This document shows positions 19,549-29,440 of a stretch of DNA of 64,000 bases, piece by piece (position 1 is the first letter of the stretch; every line of letters starts with the position of its first letter). Under the pieces are notes generated by a model, which worked only from the letters and a program-made list of their open reading frames with translations, was not told where the DNA came from and made no database searches. Origin of the DNA: Thermoflexus hugenholtzii JAD2. GTDB lineage: Bacteria; Chloroflexota; UBA11872; UBA12225. The stretch is from NCBI GenBank assembly GCA_945865725.1, contig CAMBEO010000003.1, positions 5,111 to 69,110 on the forward strand, written 5' to 3'. The position numbers and the translations under genes are program-made.

Positions 19549-20128
19549 GATGGACGACTACCACCCAGCCGACCGCCCGTACCCGAGTCCTGCGACGCAG
19601 CGACGCACGGGAGAGATCTGGAAGGCTCGCCTTGGCCTCGGGTTCGTCAGCGCGCTGACGCTCGTGAGCGCCGCCGTGATGTTTCGCCTCGCCGGGCTCG
19701 GGATCGGGGCGGCGGTGAGCCCGTTCCAGTCGGCGGCCCCGACCTCCACGACGGTGGGCGGGGCTCGCGGAACCGTGCTCGCATCGTCAGCCTCGTTGAC
19801 CGCAACGCCGGGTCCGGGCGCGACCTTCGCTCCCGCCGGGGCATCGCCTTCGCCTTCCCCGAACCGGACCCTCGTACCCGGCCAGTCGACCACGCCGGTG
19901 CCCGGCCAGTCGAATCCGATCACCCCCCAGGTGACCGGAACGCCGATGCGGTCGCCCACGGCCACGCTAGTCACGGTCGCCACGCGTGAACACGCGGTCG
20001 CCTCGGGTGACACCCTCGGCGCGATCGCCGTCCGGTATGGAACGACCGTCGACACGATCGTCCGCTTGAACGACTACAAGGACCGGAACCAGACGCTGAA
20101 CATCGGGCAGAAGGTCAAGGTGCCGTAG
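19549..20128 (+). CDS. LysM-domain peptidoglycan-binding protein with N-terminal TM segment
   Basis: C-terminal LysM (VASGDTLGAIAVRYGTTVDTIVRLNDY...LNIGQKVKVP) after a Pro/Thr/Ser-rich linker. Start is uncertain (ATG 19549, weak RBS). Confidence 0.5.
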
Positions 20129-20279
20129 GCGCACCAATCGGGTCGCGTGTCGCTGGTACCCTCCTCCGAAGCCGGTCGTACGCGTCCGAGTGATCGCCTC
20201 TAACCCGAGCATCCTTCCTTCCCGTTCGGACGGTCTGACCGACGTCCCGCGCGGGGCACGCCCGACAGGAGACCCCACC

Positions 20280-21179
20280 ATGAGCGCAACGCGTGCCGGT
20301 TTCATCGGCCTCGGCAAGATGGGTCGCCCGATGGCCCTCAACATCCACAAGGCCGGGTTCCCGTTGACCGTTGCTAATCGCAGCCAGGCGGTCGTCGCTG
20401 ACCTCGCCTCCCACGGTGCGACGGCCGCTGCGACCCCCGCGGAAGTAGCCGCGCACGCCGACCTCATCTGCCTGTGCCTGCCGATGCCGGCACATGTCGA
20501 GGAAGTCGTCCTCGGCCCGAACGGCGTGATCGAAGGCATCCGTCCCGGCGCCATCGTGGTCGACTTCAGCACGATCGGCCCGTCTACCTGCCGTCTCGTC
20601 GCCGAGCGGCTAAAAGCCAAGGGTGCTCAGTACATCGACGCCCCGGTGTCCGGAGGGACCACCGGTGCCGTGGCCGGAACCCTGACCGTCATGGTCGGCG
20701 GTGACCAAGACGCGTACGACCGCGCCCTGCCTCTCCTGCAGTCGGTCGGACGGAAGATCGTCCATGCCGGGCCGGTCGGCGCAGGCGCTGTCGTCAAGCT
20801 CATGAACCAGCTCCTGGTCGCGATCAACCTCGCCGGCGCCGCCGAGGCAATGGTCCTCGGCACGAAGGCCGGCGTCGACCCGACACTCCTGTACGAGACG
20901 ATCGCGTCGGCCACTGGGAACAGCTTCCAGATGGCCCGCAACTTCCCCGACCTGATCCTCAAGGGCAAGTTCGATCCCATGTTCTCGGTGAACCTCCTCC
21001 ACAAGGACGTCGCCCTCGCCGTGGACGTCGGCCGGGAACAGCACGTGCGTCTCCTGCTTTCAGCCCTGGTCCAGCAGATCTTCGCCGAGGCCAGGGACGC
21101 CGGACACGGGGACGAGGACATCGCCGCGGTGATCCGTCCCCTTGAGAAGCTGGCGGGCACCGAGGTGCGCGCGCGCTAG
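20280..21179 (+). CDS. NAD(P)-dependent oxidoreductase, 3-hydroxyisobutyrate dehydrogenase / tartronate-semialdehyde reductase family
   Basis: GFIGLGKMG Rossmann motif and a HIBADH-type C-terminal domain. AGGAGA RBS 9 nt upstream of the ATG. Confidence 0.85.
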   Translation: MSATRAGFIGLGKMGRPMALNIHKAGFPLTVANRSQAVVADLASHGATAAATPAEVAAHADLICLCLPMPAHVEEVVLGPNGVIEGIRPGAIVVDFSTIGPSTCRLVAERLKAKGAQYIDAPVSGGTTGAVAGTLTVMVGGDQDAYDRALPLLQSVGRKIVHAGPVGAGAVVKLMNQLLVAINLAGAAEAMVLGTKAGVDPTLLYETIASATGNSFQMARNFPDLILKGKFDPMFSVNLLHKDVALAVDVGREQHVRLLLSALVQQIFAEARDAGHGDEDIAAVIRPLEKLAGTEVRAR

Positions 21180-21204
21180 GCGCCTGGCCGCGCGAGGGCG
21201 GGCG

Positions 21205-22443
21205 ATGCGGTTGCGCCACCTTGCCCTCGCGCACTTCCGGCGCTTCGCCGCCTTCGACCACGCCTTCGCTCCCGGCCCGACCATCATCTGGGGCGACAAC
21301 GGCGCCGGCAAGTCCAACCTCGTCGAGGCGGCATACCTCCTCGCGACGAGCCGGTCGCCATACTCCTCGTCCGAACGCGACTTGATCGCTTGGGACTGCC
21401 CCCACCGGCCCGCGTTCGCACGCACGATCGGCGACTGCGAGAGCCATTCTCGCCCCGTCCGAATCGAGATTCGCCTCGTCGAACCCGGGGGCAACCACTC
21501 CCTAGCCGACCCGGGTGCGGCGCCTGGTCCGGACGAGCCGTACCACCCGCCGTCGGTGCGGCGCCGCGCCCTGATTGACGGGCAGCCGAAGGCGATCGGC
21601 GAGATCCTGGGCCACTTGAACGCCGTTCATTTCTCGCCCGAGGAGGTCGAACTCGTCGCCGGCCCGGGGGAGAGGCGCCGACGCTTCCTTGACATCGCCC
21701 TCTCGCAACTCGATCGCGCCTACGTGCGTTCGCTGCGCCGCTTCCAGAGGGCGATCGTCCAGCGAAACGCCATGTTGCGGCGTCTCCGGGACGATCCCGC
21801 ATTGCCCCGGACGCAGCTCGACCCATGGGACGCGGAGGCCGTCGCGCACGGCGCGGTCGTCATCGCGTGTCGCCTCCGCGCCGTCAGCCGACTGAACGAG
21901 GCCCTGGCCAGCCTTGACGGCACCGCACCAGGGGCGGCGCCGATCCGGGCCGACTACGTGCCCTCAGTCGACCTGCGCGCGATCAACGTGCCCGACGGGC
22001 CGTACATCCGAGGATGGGACGAAGGTGACCCACAGGTCGTGGCTGTCGCAAGTGCCATGGCTCGCGCCATGACGGCTTCCCGCGGGCGCGACCTGGGCGC
22101 CGGAACCACGCTCGTTGGACCGCACCGCGACGACCTCGTGGTCCGGGCCGCCGGGATCGATCAGCGCCTATACGGTTCGCGCGGACAGCAGCGCACCGCG
22201 GCCCTCGCCATGAAGGTCGCGGAGGCGCACCTCATGGCTGAGGTGACCGGCGAAAAGCCGGTCCTCCTCCTTGACGACGTGATGTCCGAACTCGATCCGG
22301 GTCGCCGGCAGTTCGTCGAGGCGCTCGCGATCGATACCGACCAGGCAATCGTCACCGGCACTGAGGCCGCCGTGTTCAGCGACCGATTTCGCGGCGCCGC
22401 ATCGACCTACCGCCTCCAACACGGGAATCTCGTCCGGGCATGA
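21205..22443 (+). CDS. recF: DNA replication and repair protein RecF
   Basis: Walker A GDNGAGKSNLVEA, signature SGGQQRTAALAMKVAE, Walker B LLLDDVMSELD. Confidence 0.85.
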   Translation: MRLRHLALAHFRRFAAFDHAFAPGPTIIWGDNGAGKSNLVEAAYLLATSRSPYSSSERDLIAWDCPHRPAFARTIGDCESHSRPVRIEIRLVEPGGNHSLADPGAAPGPDEPYHPPSVRRRALIDGQPKAIGEILGHLNAVHFSPEEVELVAGPGERRRRFLDIALSQLDRAYVRSLRRFQRAIVQRNAMLRRLRDDPALPRTQLDPWDAEAVAHGAVVIACRLRAVSRLNEALASLDGTAPGAAPIRADYVPSVDLRAINVPDGPYIRGWDEGDPQVVAVASAMARAMTASRGRDLGAGTTLVGPHRDDLVVRAAGIDQRLYGSRGQQRTAALAMKVAEAHLMAEVTGEKPVLLLDDVMSELDPGRRQFVEALAIDTDQAIVTGTEAAVFSDRFRGAASTYRLQHGNLVRA

Positions 22444-22530
22444 CCCGATAACGAGTGCGCCTGAGGAGACCTGGGATGGTTTCGTCAGGGTGGTACGCTG
22501 GCCCACGGGGCATGGGTTGGCCCCGAGGAT

Positions 22531-23196
22531 TTGCCCGCCCGTGAGGACGCCTCCCCTGTGACCACCGCGCGCACTTCCACGACCAGGAGCCGCGCCACAT
22601 CCGCCCGGCTCGGCCGAGAGGCATCCCTCGCCTCCCAGCGAGACGCGCGCCTGCGCAGTCGTCGCCGGCGCCTGGTCACCTACTGGGCGTTCGGTGGAGC
22701 CACCCTCATCGCTATCGTGGGGTTGGTCGTGTGGGTCTCGACTCCCCAATCCACCGCCATCGGCGAATTGCAGGACTTCCCGATCCAAGGACGCACGCAC
22801 ATCCAGCGAGGGCAGAACCACCCCGCCTACAACAGCGTTCCTCCTACCTCCGGATGGCATTACGCCGACCAGGTCGCGACCGCAGGCGTCCATGTCGATC
22901 CCATCCCGAACGAAGTGCAAGCGCACAATCTCGAGCATGGCGAGGTGATGGTTCAGTACGATTGCCCGACGGGATGCCCGGAAATGGTGTCGGCTCTGGA
23001 ACGAATTGTCCGCACGTATCCCCGGAAGGTCGTCCTGGCGCCTTACCCGGGAATAGGTCGGCCCATCGCCCTGACGAGCTGGGGACGCTTGAAATACCTT
23101 GACCGTCCCGACGAGGCGGCAATTCGCTCGTTCGTGGCAGCCTTCAAGGACAAGGGTCCCGAGGTCTTCCCCGACGAACCGATGGCCACGCCGTGA
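22531..23196 (+). CDS. DUF3105-like membrane-anchored protein
   Basis: TM helix followed by a conserved HNLEHGEVMVQYDCPTGCPE region. Alternative (TTG) start, so start is uncertain. Confidence 0.45.
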   Translation: MPAREDASPVTTARTSTTRSRATSARLGREASLASQRDARLRSRRRRLVTYWAFGGATLIAIVGLVVWVSTPQSTAIGELQDFPIQGRTHIQRGQNHPAYNSVPPTSGWHYADQVATAGVHVDPIPNEVQAHNLEHGEVMVQYDCPTGCPEMVSALERIVRTYPRKVVLAPYPGIGRPIALTSWGRLKYLDRPDEAAIRSFVAAFKDKGPEVFPDEPMATP

Positions 23197-23732
23197 GCAG
23201 TGACATCCCATCGGCTAGCCTGTCAAGCGCCGACCACGACCCTGGCACCTACCGGGTCGCACCGCCCGACCCGGTTTTGGTCGGGGGATCCACCAGGCCA
23301 CTCGTACGTCGGCATCGCGACCCGCGCACGACCTTTCTCGTGGTCGTCGGGTTGATCACGGTCCTGTACGTCGCCACCTTCGTGCGCGGCCTCTGGTGGC
23401 AGTGGAAGGGCATCATCCTGGCGCAGCCAGCCACCGCCCCGGTCGTGGCTGGTGCGCCGCGGAGCGCGGCGGCACGCCCGGTCGGCGCCGCGCCCGGCAA
23501 CGCCGCCGCACGGAAGCCCCTCACCCGCACCGACGCGCCGGCGCCCCGCAACGTCACTGACGAGCGCGGTGTGACGTACGACGCGAACGGCGTCGCGGTC
23601 ATGGGAATCGATGCCGACCCGAGCGGCGTATACAACGTGCCCCCGGGGCGCCAGCTCCGCATCGGCGGTCCCGAAGGCGCGCTCTTCGATGTCGGCGACG
23701 GCGGGCGCCTGGTGCCCGCCGCGAAGCGCTAG
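23193..23732 (+). CDS. Hypothetical membrane protein
   Basis: GTGA overlap with the upstream stop; a single TM helix. Confidence 0.35.
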   Translation: MSSDIPSASLSSADHDPGTYRVAPPDPVLVGGSTRPLVRRHRDPRTTFLVVVGLITVLYVATFVRGLWWQWKGIILAQPATAPVVAGAPRSAAARPVGAAPGNAAARKPLTRTDAPAPRNVTDERGVTYDANGVAVMGIDADPSGVYNVPPGRQLRIGGPEGALFDVGDGGRLVPAAKR

Positions 23733-23879
23733 TAGCCGGTCGCGCCACGCACCACGCCGGTTCCTCAGAGGATTCTGATCCCGCCTGCCCGGCGGGCATC
23801 CCTATACTCGCGCCAAGGGGAGGATCGCGCCGCGTAGTGCGCGTGCGGTTCCGTCAATCCCCGCGGAAAGGCTGTCCTC

Positions 23880-26429
23880 ATGGGCGCCCTCGAGAAAATC
23901 GCCGCCATCATCGGGCGACGGTGGCGATCGCTTCTGGTCCTCCTCGTCCTCGGCGCGGCCTTCTTCCTGTGGTTCGTGCCGAACTACGACACTGCGATGC
24001 CATACGTCCTGTACGGGGCGTACCTCCTCTTCCAGCTGTTGTTCGCCGTCCTGTTCATGATCCTCCAGTTCGCCGCCCTGTTCTGGTTCCTCGGGCGCGG
24101 GCGAACCTACTGGGTCATGCCGGGCGAGACCGGCATCGGCTTCAAGGACTACCGGGGCCAGAACGACGTCCTCGAGACCGCCGAACGATGGGTCACCCTC
24201 CTTCGCGGCGTGAAGGAGTTCAAGCGCATGGGCGGGGAGGTCAGTCGGGGACTCCTCCTCGTCGGGCCTCCCGGTACCGGCAAGTCGTACCTCGCGCAAG
24301 CGATCGCGACCGAGGCGGGCGTGCCGTTCGGCTACACCTCCGCCTCTTCGTTCCGTGCCATGTTCATGGGCATGGACGTCCTCATCGTCTGGCGCCTCTA
24401 CCGCAAGGCCCGCAACCTCGCGAGGAAGCACGGCGCCTGCATCCTGTTCATCGACGAGATCGACTCCATCGGCGCCGCCCGGACCGCCGGGATGATGGGC
24501 GGCGGCGGGATGATGGGCGGTCTCATGGGTGGGGGTGGTGCCCTCAACCAGCTGCTCATGGAGATGGACCCGCCCCGCCTCAGCGAGGGGTGGAAGGAAC
24601 GCCTCCTGCGGCGCCTCGGCATCCTCCGCCGTCCCGTCATCCGGCCCAACGTCGTGACCATGGGCGCGACGAACATCGTCGAGACCCTCGACCAGGCCCT
24701 CCTCCGCGCCGGGCGCTTTGATCGCCAGCTCACCATCGACCCGCCCGACTCCGAGGGGCGCAAGGACATCATCGAGTACTACTTGTCGAAGGTCCGCCAC
24801 GAGGACATGCCGATCGACCGCATGGCCGGCGACACCATCGGCTACACGCCCGTCACGATCAAGTACATCGTCAACGAGGCGACCGTCGTGGCCCACTTCA
24901 ACGGGCGCGACGCCATCACCTACTTCGACTTCACCGAGGCGCGCGAGGCCCACGAATGGGGCATCAAGCAGCCGATCCGGGGCATGAAGCTCGAGGAGAA
25001 GCGTCGCCTCGCCTACCATGAGGCGGGCCATGCCTTCGCCATGGCGATCCTCCAGCGAGACCAGTTCCGCGTGTCAAAGGTCACGATCCAGCGCCACGGG
25101 CGCGCCCTCGGCTTCGCGGCGCCAAAGCCCGTCGAGGAGCGCTACACGCAGACGAATGACGAGGTCCTCTCCGAGATTCAGGTTTGCCTCGCAAGTCGCG
25201 CCGCCGAGGAGCTCTTCCTCGACACGCAACTCACCGGCGTGACCAGCGACCTGCAACACGCCACGCGCCTCGCCTTGGCCTACCTGGGCATCTATGGCAT
25301 GGGGGGCAGCTTCTACTCGCACCTCGTTGGCGGCAACATGATGGGGAGCGTCCCCGAGAAGCGCCGCGCCGAGCAGCTCCTCGACGAGCAGTACACCCGC
25401 GTCAAGACCCTGCTGTCCGTCCACTCCGACACCGTCCATGCCATCGCCCAAGCCTTGGTCCAGCGAGGCGAGCTGATCGGCGACGACATCCAGCGGATCA
25501 TCGACGAGAAGGAGCGGGAACGGCAGAGCCAGGACTTGACGCTCCGCGAGGACACCCGGCGCATTGCCTACCACGAGGCGGGCCACGCGGTCGCCCAGGC
25601 AATCCTCCTTCGCCGGCAGGACATCGGACGCGTCTCCATCGTCAGCACCACCGAACCGCAGACGTTCAACGAGCTTCGCCCCCTCACCAGTCAGCAGTCG
25701 TACTCACGCGACGAAGTCCTCGCCGAGATCCAGGTCCGCCTCGCCAGTCGGGCCGCCGAGGAGCTCTTCCTGGACCTCGTCCTTGATAACTCCGCGACCG
25801 ATATCAAGCGGGCACGCGACCTTGCGCGCTACGTCATTACCTACATGAACCCGTCGGACGTCCTGTTCGTCTACGAGCCGGAAACGCCCCAGGAGGAGGA
25901 GCGCCAAGGTGGGGACGGCAGTCCGGACACCTCGACGACCACGACTGGCACCGCAGACCCTGCCGCAGCGTCCGTCACCCCTCGCACTCGACGGCCGGCC
26001 ACGGGTGGTGACGCGCGTGTCCGCCGCGAGGTCGACTCCCTTCTGCGTGCGCAATACGACACCGTCAAGGCCCTGTTGCGCGACTGCGAGGTGGAGGTGC
26101 ATCGCCTCGCACGTGCCCTCGCCGAGAAGGGCGAGCTATCAGGCACGGACGTTCGCCGCATCCTCAACGGCAAGTTGGGGGGACGCTCCTCGGCGGCCGT
26201 GATCGCGACCGCCCAGGCGATCGCGAAAGGCCTCGGCGACGATCCTGTCTCGGCGGCGATTGGCCAGGTGACGCACGGCCCCGCTGCCGGCGTTCCAGCG
26301 GTCCACGCGTCGTCCGCGGTGACGGATGGCCCAACCTCGCCGATCACCGGCGGGACGTCGGCGCTCCCAGTCCCTGCCCATCCGGACGCCGTCACGCCGC
26401 CACTGCCGATGGACGGCACGACCACCTAG
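23880..26429 (+). CDS. FtsH-like AAA+ zinc metalloprotease with tandem duplicated M41 peptidase domains
   Basis: Two N-terminal TM helices with no periplasmic domain. Walker A GPPGTGKS and Walker B ILFIDEID. Gly/Met-rich insertion (MMGGGGMMGGLMGGGG). Two HEAGH motifs (AYHEAGHAFAMAIL and AYHEAGHAVAQAIL), each with a downstream Asp (SDLQHAT and ATDIKRA). Confidence 0.85.
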   Translation: MGALEKIAAIIGRRWRSLLVLLVLGAAFFLWFVPNYDTAMPYVLYGAYLLFQLLFAVLFMILQFAALFWFLGRGRTYWVMPGETGIGFKDYRGQNDVLETAERWVTLLRGVKEFKRMGGEVSRGLLLVGPPGTGKSYLAQAIATEAGVPFGYTSASSFRAMFMGMDVLIVWRLYRKARNLARKHGACILFIDEIDSIGAARTAGMMGGGGMMGGLMGGGGALNQLLMEMDPPRLSEGWKERLLRRLGILRRPVIRPNVVTMGATNIVETLDQALLRAGRFDRQLTIDPPDSEGRKDIIEYYLSKVRHEDMPIDRMAGDTIGYTPVTIKYIVNEATVVAHFNGRDAITYFDFTEAREAHEWGIKQPIRGMKLEEKRRLAYHEAGHAFAMAILQRDQFRVSKVTIQRHGRALGFAAPKPVEERYTQTNDEVLSEIQVCLASRAAEELFLDTQLTGVTSDLQHATRLALAYLGIYGMGGSFYSHLVGGNMMGSVPEKRRAEQLLDEQYTRVKTLLSVHSDTVHAIAQALVQRGELIGDDIQRIIDEKERERQSQDLTLREDTRRIAYHEAGHAVAQAILLRRQDIGRVSIVSTTEPQTFNELRPLTSQQSYSRDEVLAEIQVRLASRAAEELFLDLVLDNSATDIKRARDLARYVITYMNPSDVLFVYEPETPQEEERQGGDGSPDTSTTTTGTADPAAASVTPRTRRPATGGDARVRREVDSLLRAQYDTVKALLRDCEVEVHRLARALAEKGELSGTDVRRILNGKLGGRSSAAVIATAQAIAKGLGDDPVSAAIGQVTHGPAAGVPAVHASSAVTDGPTSPITGGTSALPVPAHPDAVTPPLPMDGTTT

Positions 26430-26444
26430 CGTCCCTACCCCCTC

Positions 26445-26500
26445 TCCCGCGCCAGCGGGGGAGGGGGTAGGGGTGGGGGTATTCCCCCCGCTCCCGAGCC
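26445..26500 (+). repeat. Mosaic repeat, variant of module A (CCCTCTCCCGCGCCAGCGGGGGAGGGGGTAGGGGTGGGGG)
   Basis: Hairpin-forming variant between the convergent ftsH-like and rsmG genes. Confidence 0.8.
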
Positions 26501-26519
26501 CGCATCGGGCGCGTCCGAC

Positions 26520-27287
26520 CTACCTCCGGCGCGGCTCCCGTTCCGTTCCCGACCCCAGCGGCCATCGCGCGGGCACGCCGGGACGCCTCGGATACCCCGG
26601 TGGCACGTCTCCCGTCCGGACCATCGTCACGACCGCACGGTTCGGCAGCACATCCTCCGGGATCACCACCACCCGCGACACCATCCCGCCGACCAGGTCG
26701 AGGGCGCGTTCCGCGGACGCAATCTCGTCATCGACGCCGGTCGCGGTCTTCAAGGCAATCGCGATTCCACCCGGGCGCAGGAGCGGGATGGCCATCTCCG
26801 CGATCGCGGCCAAGGAGGCGATCGCTCGCGCCGTGGCGACCCCGAACTGGCCACGCCACCCGGGATCGTGGCCAAGGTCCTCGGCCCGACCCGCGACGCC
26901 CCAGGCATTGGCGATGCCGGCGGCACGCACCGCACCGTCGACCCAGGCGGCCTTCCGCGCGGTCGCGTCGAGAAGGGTCACACCGGCCTCGGGCATCATC
27001 ACCGCGAGAGGCACGCCGGGAAAGCCTGCCCCGGTCCCGATGTCGATGATCCGCTCGCCCGCCGCCAGCGGCGCCGGCAGTCCCAGCATCGCGGTCAACG
27101 AGTCAAGGAAGAGCTTGTCGGCAACATCCTCCGGACCGGTAATCGTCGTGAGGTTTAGCCGGCTCCGCCCCTCCTCAAGGAGCGCGGCAAACGCCTCGAA
27201 CCGGTCAAGGTGCTGATCCTCGAGGGCGATCCCGAGGTTTGCGGCCCCGTCGGCCAGGCGACGTCGTGCCAGCGCCGGGGCGGTCAC
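26520..27287 (-). CDS. rsmG: 16S rRNA (guanine527-N7)-methyltransferase RsmG
   Basis: SAM-binding DIGTGAGFPGVPLA plus GidB-family conservation. GTG start in a GTGA overlap with the lepB stop. Confidence 0.8.
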   Translation of the reverse strand: MTAPALARRRLADGAANLGIALEDQHLDRFEAFAALLEEGRSRLNLTTITGPEDVADKLFLDSLTAMLGLPAPLAAGERIIDIGTGAGFPGVPLAVMMPEAGVTLLDATARKAAWVDGAVRAAGIANAWGVAGRAEDLGHDPGWRGQFGVATARAIASLAAIAEMAIPLLRPGGIAIALKTATGVDDEIASAERALDLVGGMVSRVVVIPEDVLPNRAVVTMVRTGDVPPGYPRRPGVPARWPLGSGTEREPRRR

Positions 27288-27907
27288 TCCCCGGGGCGCG
27301 CCGGGGCGCCCGCCGACGCGTCCGCGAATGCCACGCGGACGCCAGCGACCCGGGCAGGCGCCTCCGACTTCGCCAATCCGACTGCCGGATGGTCGATCAC
27401 CCCGGCGTACTGCCATGGCCAATAGGTCAGGCGAGCCTTGCCGATGATGTATTCGCGCGGCAGCCAGTCCCAGATGTGCGAGTCGTGACTGTTGTCCCGG
27501 TTGTCGCCGAGGACGTAGAAGTGGTTCTCCGGAACCAGCTTCCGCTCGTACCGGTAGTTTGCCGGCACCCGGATGTACGGCTCGTCAAGCACGTTCCCGT
27601 CCACCAGCACCCTCCGGTCGCGCACCTCAATCATCTCTCCCGGGAGCGCGATGATCCGCTTCACGAAGTCGCGCCTGGGATCGAGGGGGAATCGGATGAC
27701 AACGACGTCCCCGCGCTCGGGGTCGCCGATTCGGTACGCAACCTTGTCGACCAGAATGTACTGGCCGGTATGCAGGTTGGGCTCCATGCTGAACCCCTCC
27801 ACCCGGTAGTTCTGGAGGGTCAGGCGCACGCCAAGGAAGATGGCCAAGGTCAGGAGCGCGGTCTCGAGGACCTCGCGGATCGCGGCTTTGAACGGGAACG
27901 ACGTCAC
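27284..27907 (-). CDS. lepB: Signal peptidase I
   Basis: S26 motifs GFSMEPNL (catalytic Ser), KRIIALPGE (Lys) and GDNRDNSHDS. Confidence 0.85.
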   Translation of the reverse strand: MTSFPFKAAIREVLETALLTLAIFLGVRLTLQNYRVEGFSMEPNLHTGQYILVDKVAYRIGDPERGDVVVIRFPLDPRRDFVKRIIALPGEMIEVRDRRVLVDGNVLDEPYIRVPANYRYERKLVPENHFYVLGDNRDNSHDSHIWDWLPREYIIGKARLTYWPWQYAGVIDHPAVGLAKSEAPARVAGVRVAFADASAGAPARPGE

Positions 27908-27949
27908 GAAGGAACCCCTGAAATGGTAGCAGCGGCGCGCCGCGTTCGT

Positions 27950-28010
27950 TCACTCCCCTCACCCGCGCAACGTGGGAGTATTCAGCAGGGGGTGGGGGTC
28001 GTGGCGCTTC
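27950..28010 (+). repeat. Mosaic repeat, module C (CCCCTC(A/T)CCCGC...GTGGGAGT(A/T)TTCAGCAGGGGG)
   Basis: Same module recurs at 36668 and 58690. Confidence 0.8.
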
Positions 28011-28016
28011 CCCGGC

Positions 28017-29438
28017 CTAGACGCTGCCCGCCTCGATCGCGCGGCGCACGTCACGGAGGAACGCCCCGCCGGGTGCCCCATCGACGATGCGATGGTCGAT
28101 CGTCAACGAAAGCGTCACCATCGATCGCACGGCAAGCGCGTCGCCGACGACGGCCGGACGCTTGGCGATCCGACCCACTCCGAGGATCGCCGCCTGTGGC
28201 GGGTTCAGGATCGGGGTGAACGCATCGACTTCCATCTGGCCGAGGTTGGTGACCGTGAACGTGCCTCCCTGCAAGGAATCCGCGTCCAGGCGCCCGGCGC
28301 GGGCCGCCTCGGCAAGCGCCGCGACCTCCTGTGAGATCGCCTGGAGTGGCTTGCGGTCGGCGTCCCGGATCACCGGGACCACGAGCCCGTGGTCAAGGGC
28401 GACGGCCACGCCGACGTTGATCTCCTGCCACTCCGCAACCTCCAAGGCTCCCCCATCGGCCGTGGCAAGGCTGCTGTTGAGGCGCGGGTGGTCGCGAAGG
28501 ATGCGGGCGACGATGGACACGATCAGGTCGGTATAGGTCGGAGGACGGTGGCCGTACACCTTCGCCGCCACGACGAGCATGTCCCGCAACGCCACGAGGG
28601 CGGTCGCGTCGACGTCTGCGATGAGGGTCAGTTGCGCCGTGTCGCGCAGGCTTGCGGTCATGCGATCGGCAATGATCCGGCGCATCGCGTCAAACCGGTG
28701 CGTCGCCCGGCGCGTCAATGACGTCGCCGAGGTGCGCGGCGCGGGGGTCGATGCGACCGCCGCGAGGGTGCTGACAGGCGCAATCCGCGCGCCAATCGCG
28801 CCGTCGACGTCACGTTCGACAATCCGCCCGCCTGGTCCGGTACCGGGGACGGTCGCCAGGTCGATGCCGGCCTCGCGGGCGCGTCTTCGCGCCAACGGGG
28901 AGGCGAGAACCCAACTGTCGGTACCCGCCACGGGTGCCGCGACGTGGGCGCGCACGTCCTCCTCGATCACCCGACCGGCCGGCCCGCTGCCTCGAACGTG
29001 CGCGAGGTCGATCCCAAGCTCGCGTGCGAGGCGCCGGGCAAGCGGCGATGCGCGCACTTCGCTCTCGACTGGCGCCATGTCCGGGAGCGCCGACGTCCCG
29101 CCGCCACCTGCGACCACCGTCGTCCCGGCCGCCACCGCGGGTGCCTTCCGGGCAGCGACGGGTGCCACTAGCGCCGCCTCGATGGCCGCCTCCGGCTCGT
29201 CAATCGCGCCGATGACCGCCATCGCCTGCATCACCCGGATCGTGCCGCCAACGGGCGCGACGATCCGGCGAAGCACGCCAGTCGCGTTCGCCGTGACCTC
29301 CTGGCTGAGCTTGTCCGTCTCGATGTTCGCGAGAGGGTCGCCGCGCTCGACGCGGTCCCCCACCTCCTTCAACCACGCGACGACGGTCGCCTCGATCATG
29401 GTGACCCCGAACTGCGGAAGCTTGACGAGGGTCGCCAT
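28017..29438 (-). CDS. pdhC: Dihydrolipoamide acyltransferase (E2) of a 2-oxoacid (pyruvate) dehydrogenase complex
   Basis: Lipoyl domain (ETDK), two E3-binding domains (ASPLARRLARELGIDL and ASPLARRRAREAGIDL) and a catalytic domain with DHRIVDGA. Confidence 0.9.
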   Translation of the reverse strand: MATLVKLPQFGVTMIEATVVAWLKEVGDRVERGDPLANIETDKLSQEVTANATGVLRRIVAPVGGTIRVMQAMAVIGAIDEPEAAIEAALVAPVAARKAPAVAAGTTVVAGGGGTSALPDMAPVESEVRASPLARRLARELGIDLAHVRGSGPAGRVIEEDVRAHVAAPVAGTDSWVLASPLARRRAREAGIDLATVPGTGPGGRIVERDVDGAIGARIAPVSTLAAVASTPAPRTSATSLTRRATHRFDAMRRIIADRMTASLRDTAQLTLIADVDATALVALRDMLVVAAKVYGHRPPTYTDLIVSIVARILRDHPRLNSSLATADGGALEVAEWQEINVGVAVALDHGLVVPVIRDADRKPLQAISQEVAALAEAARAGRLDADSLQGGTFTVTNLGQMEVDAFTPILNPPQAAILGVGRIAKRPAVVGDALAVRSMVTLSLTIDHRIVDGAPGGAFLRDVRRAIEAGSV

Positions 29439-29440
29439 GC

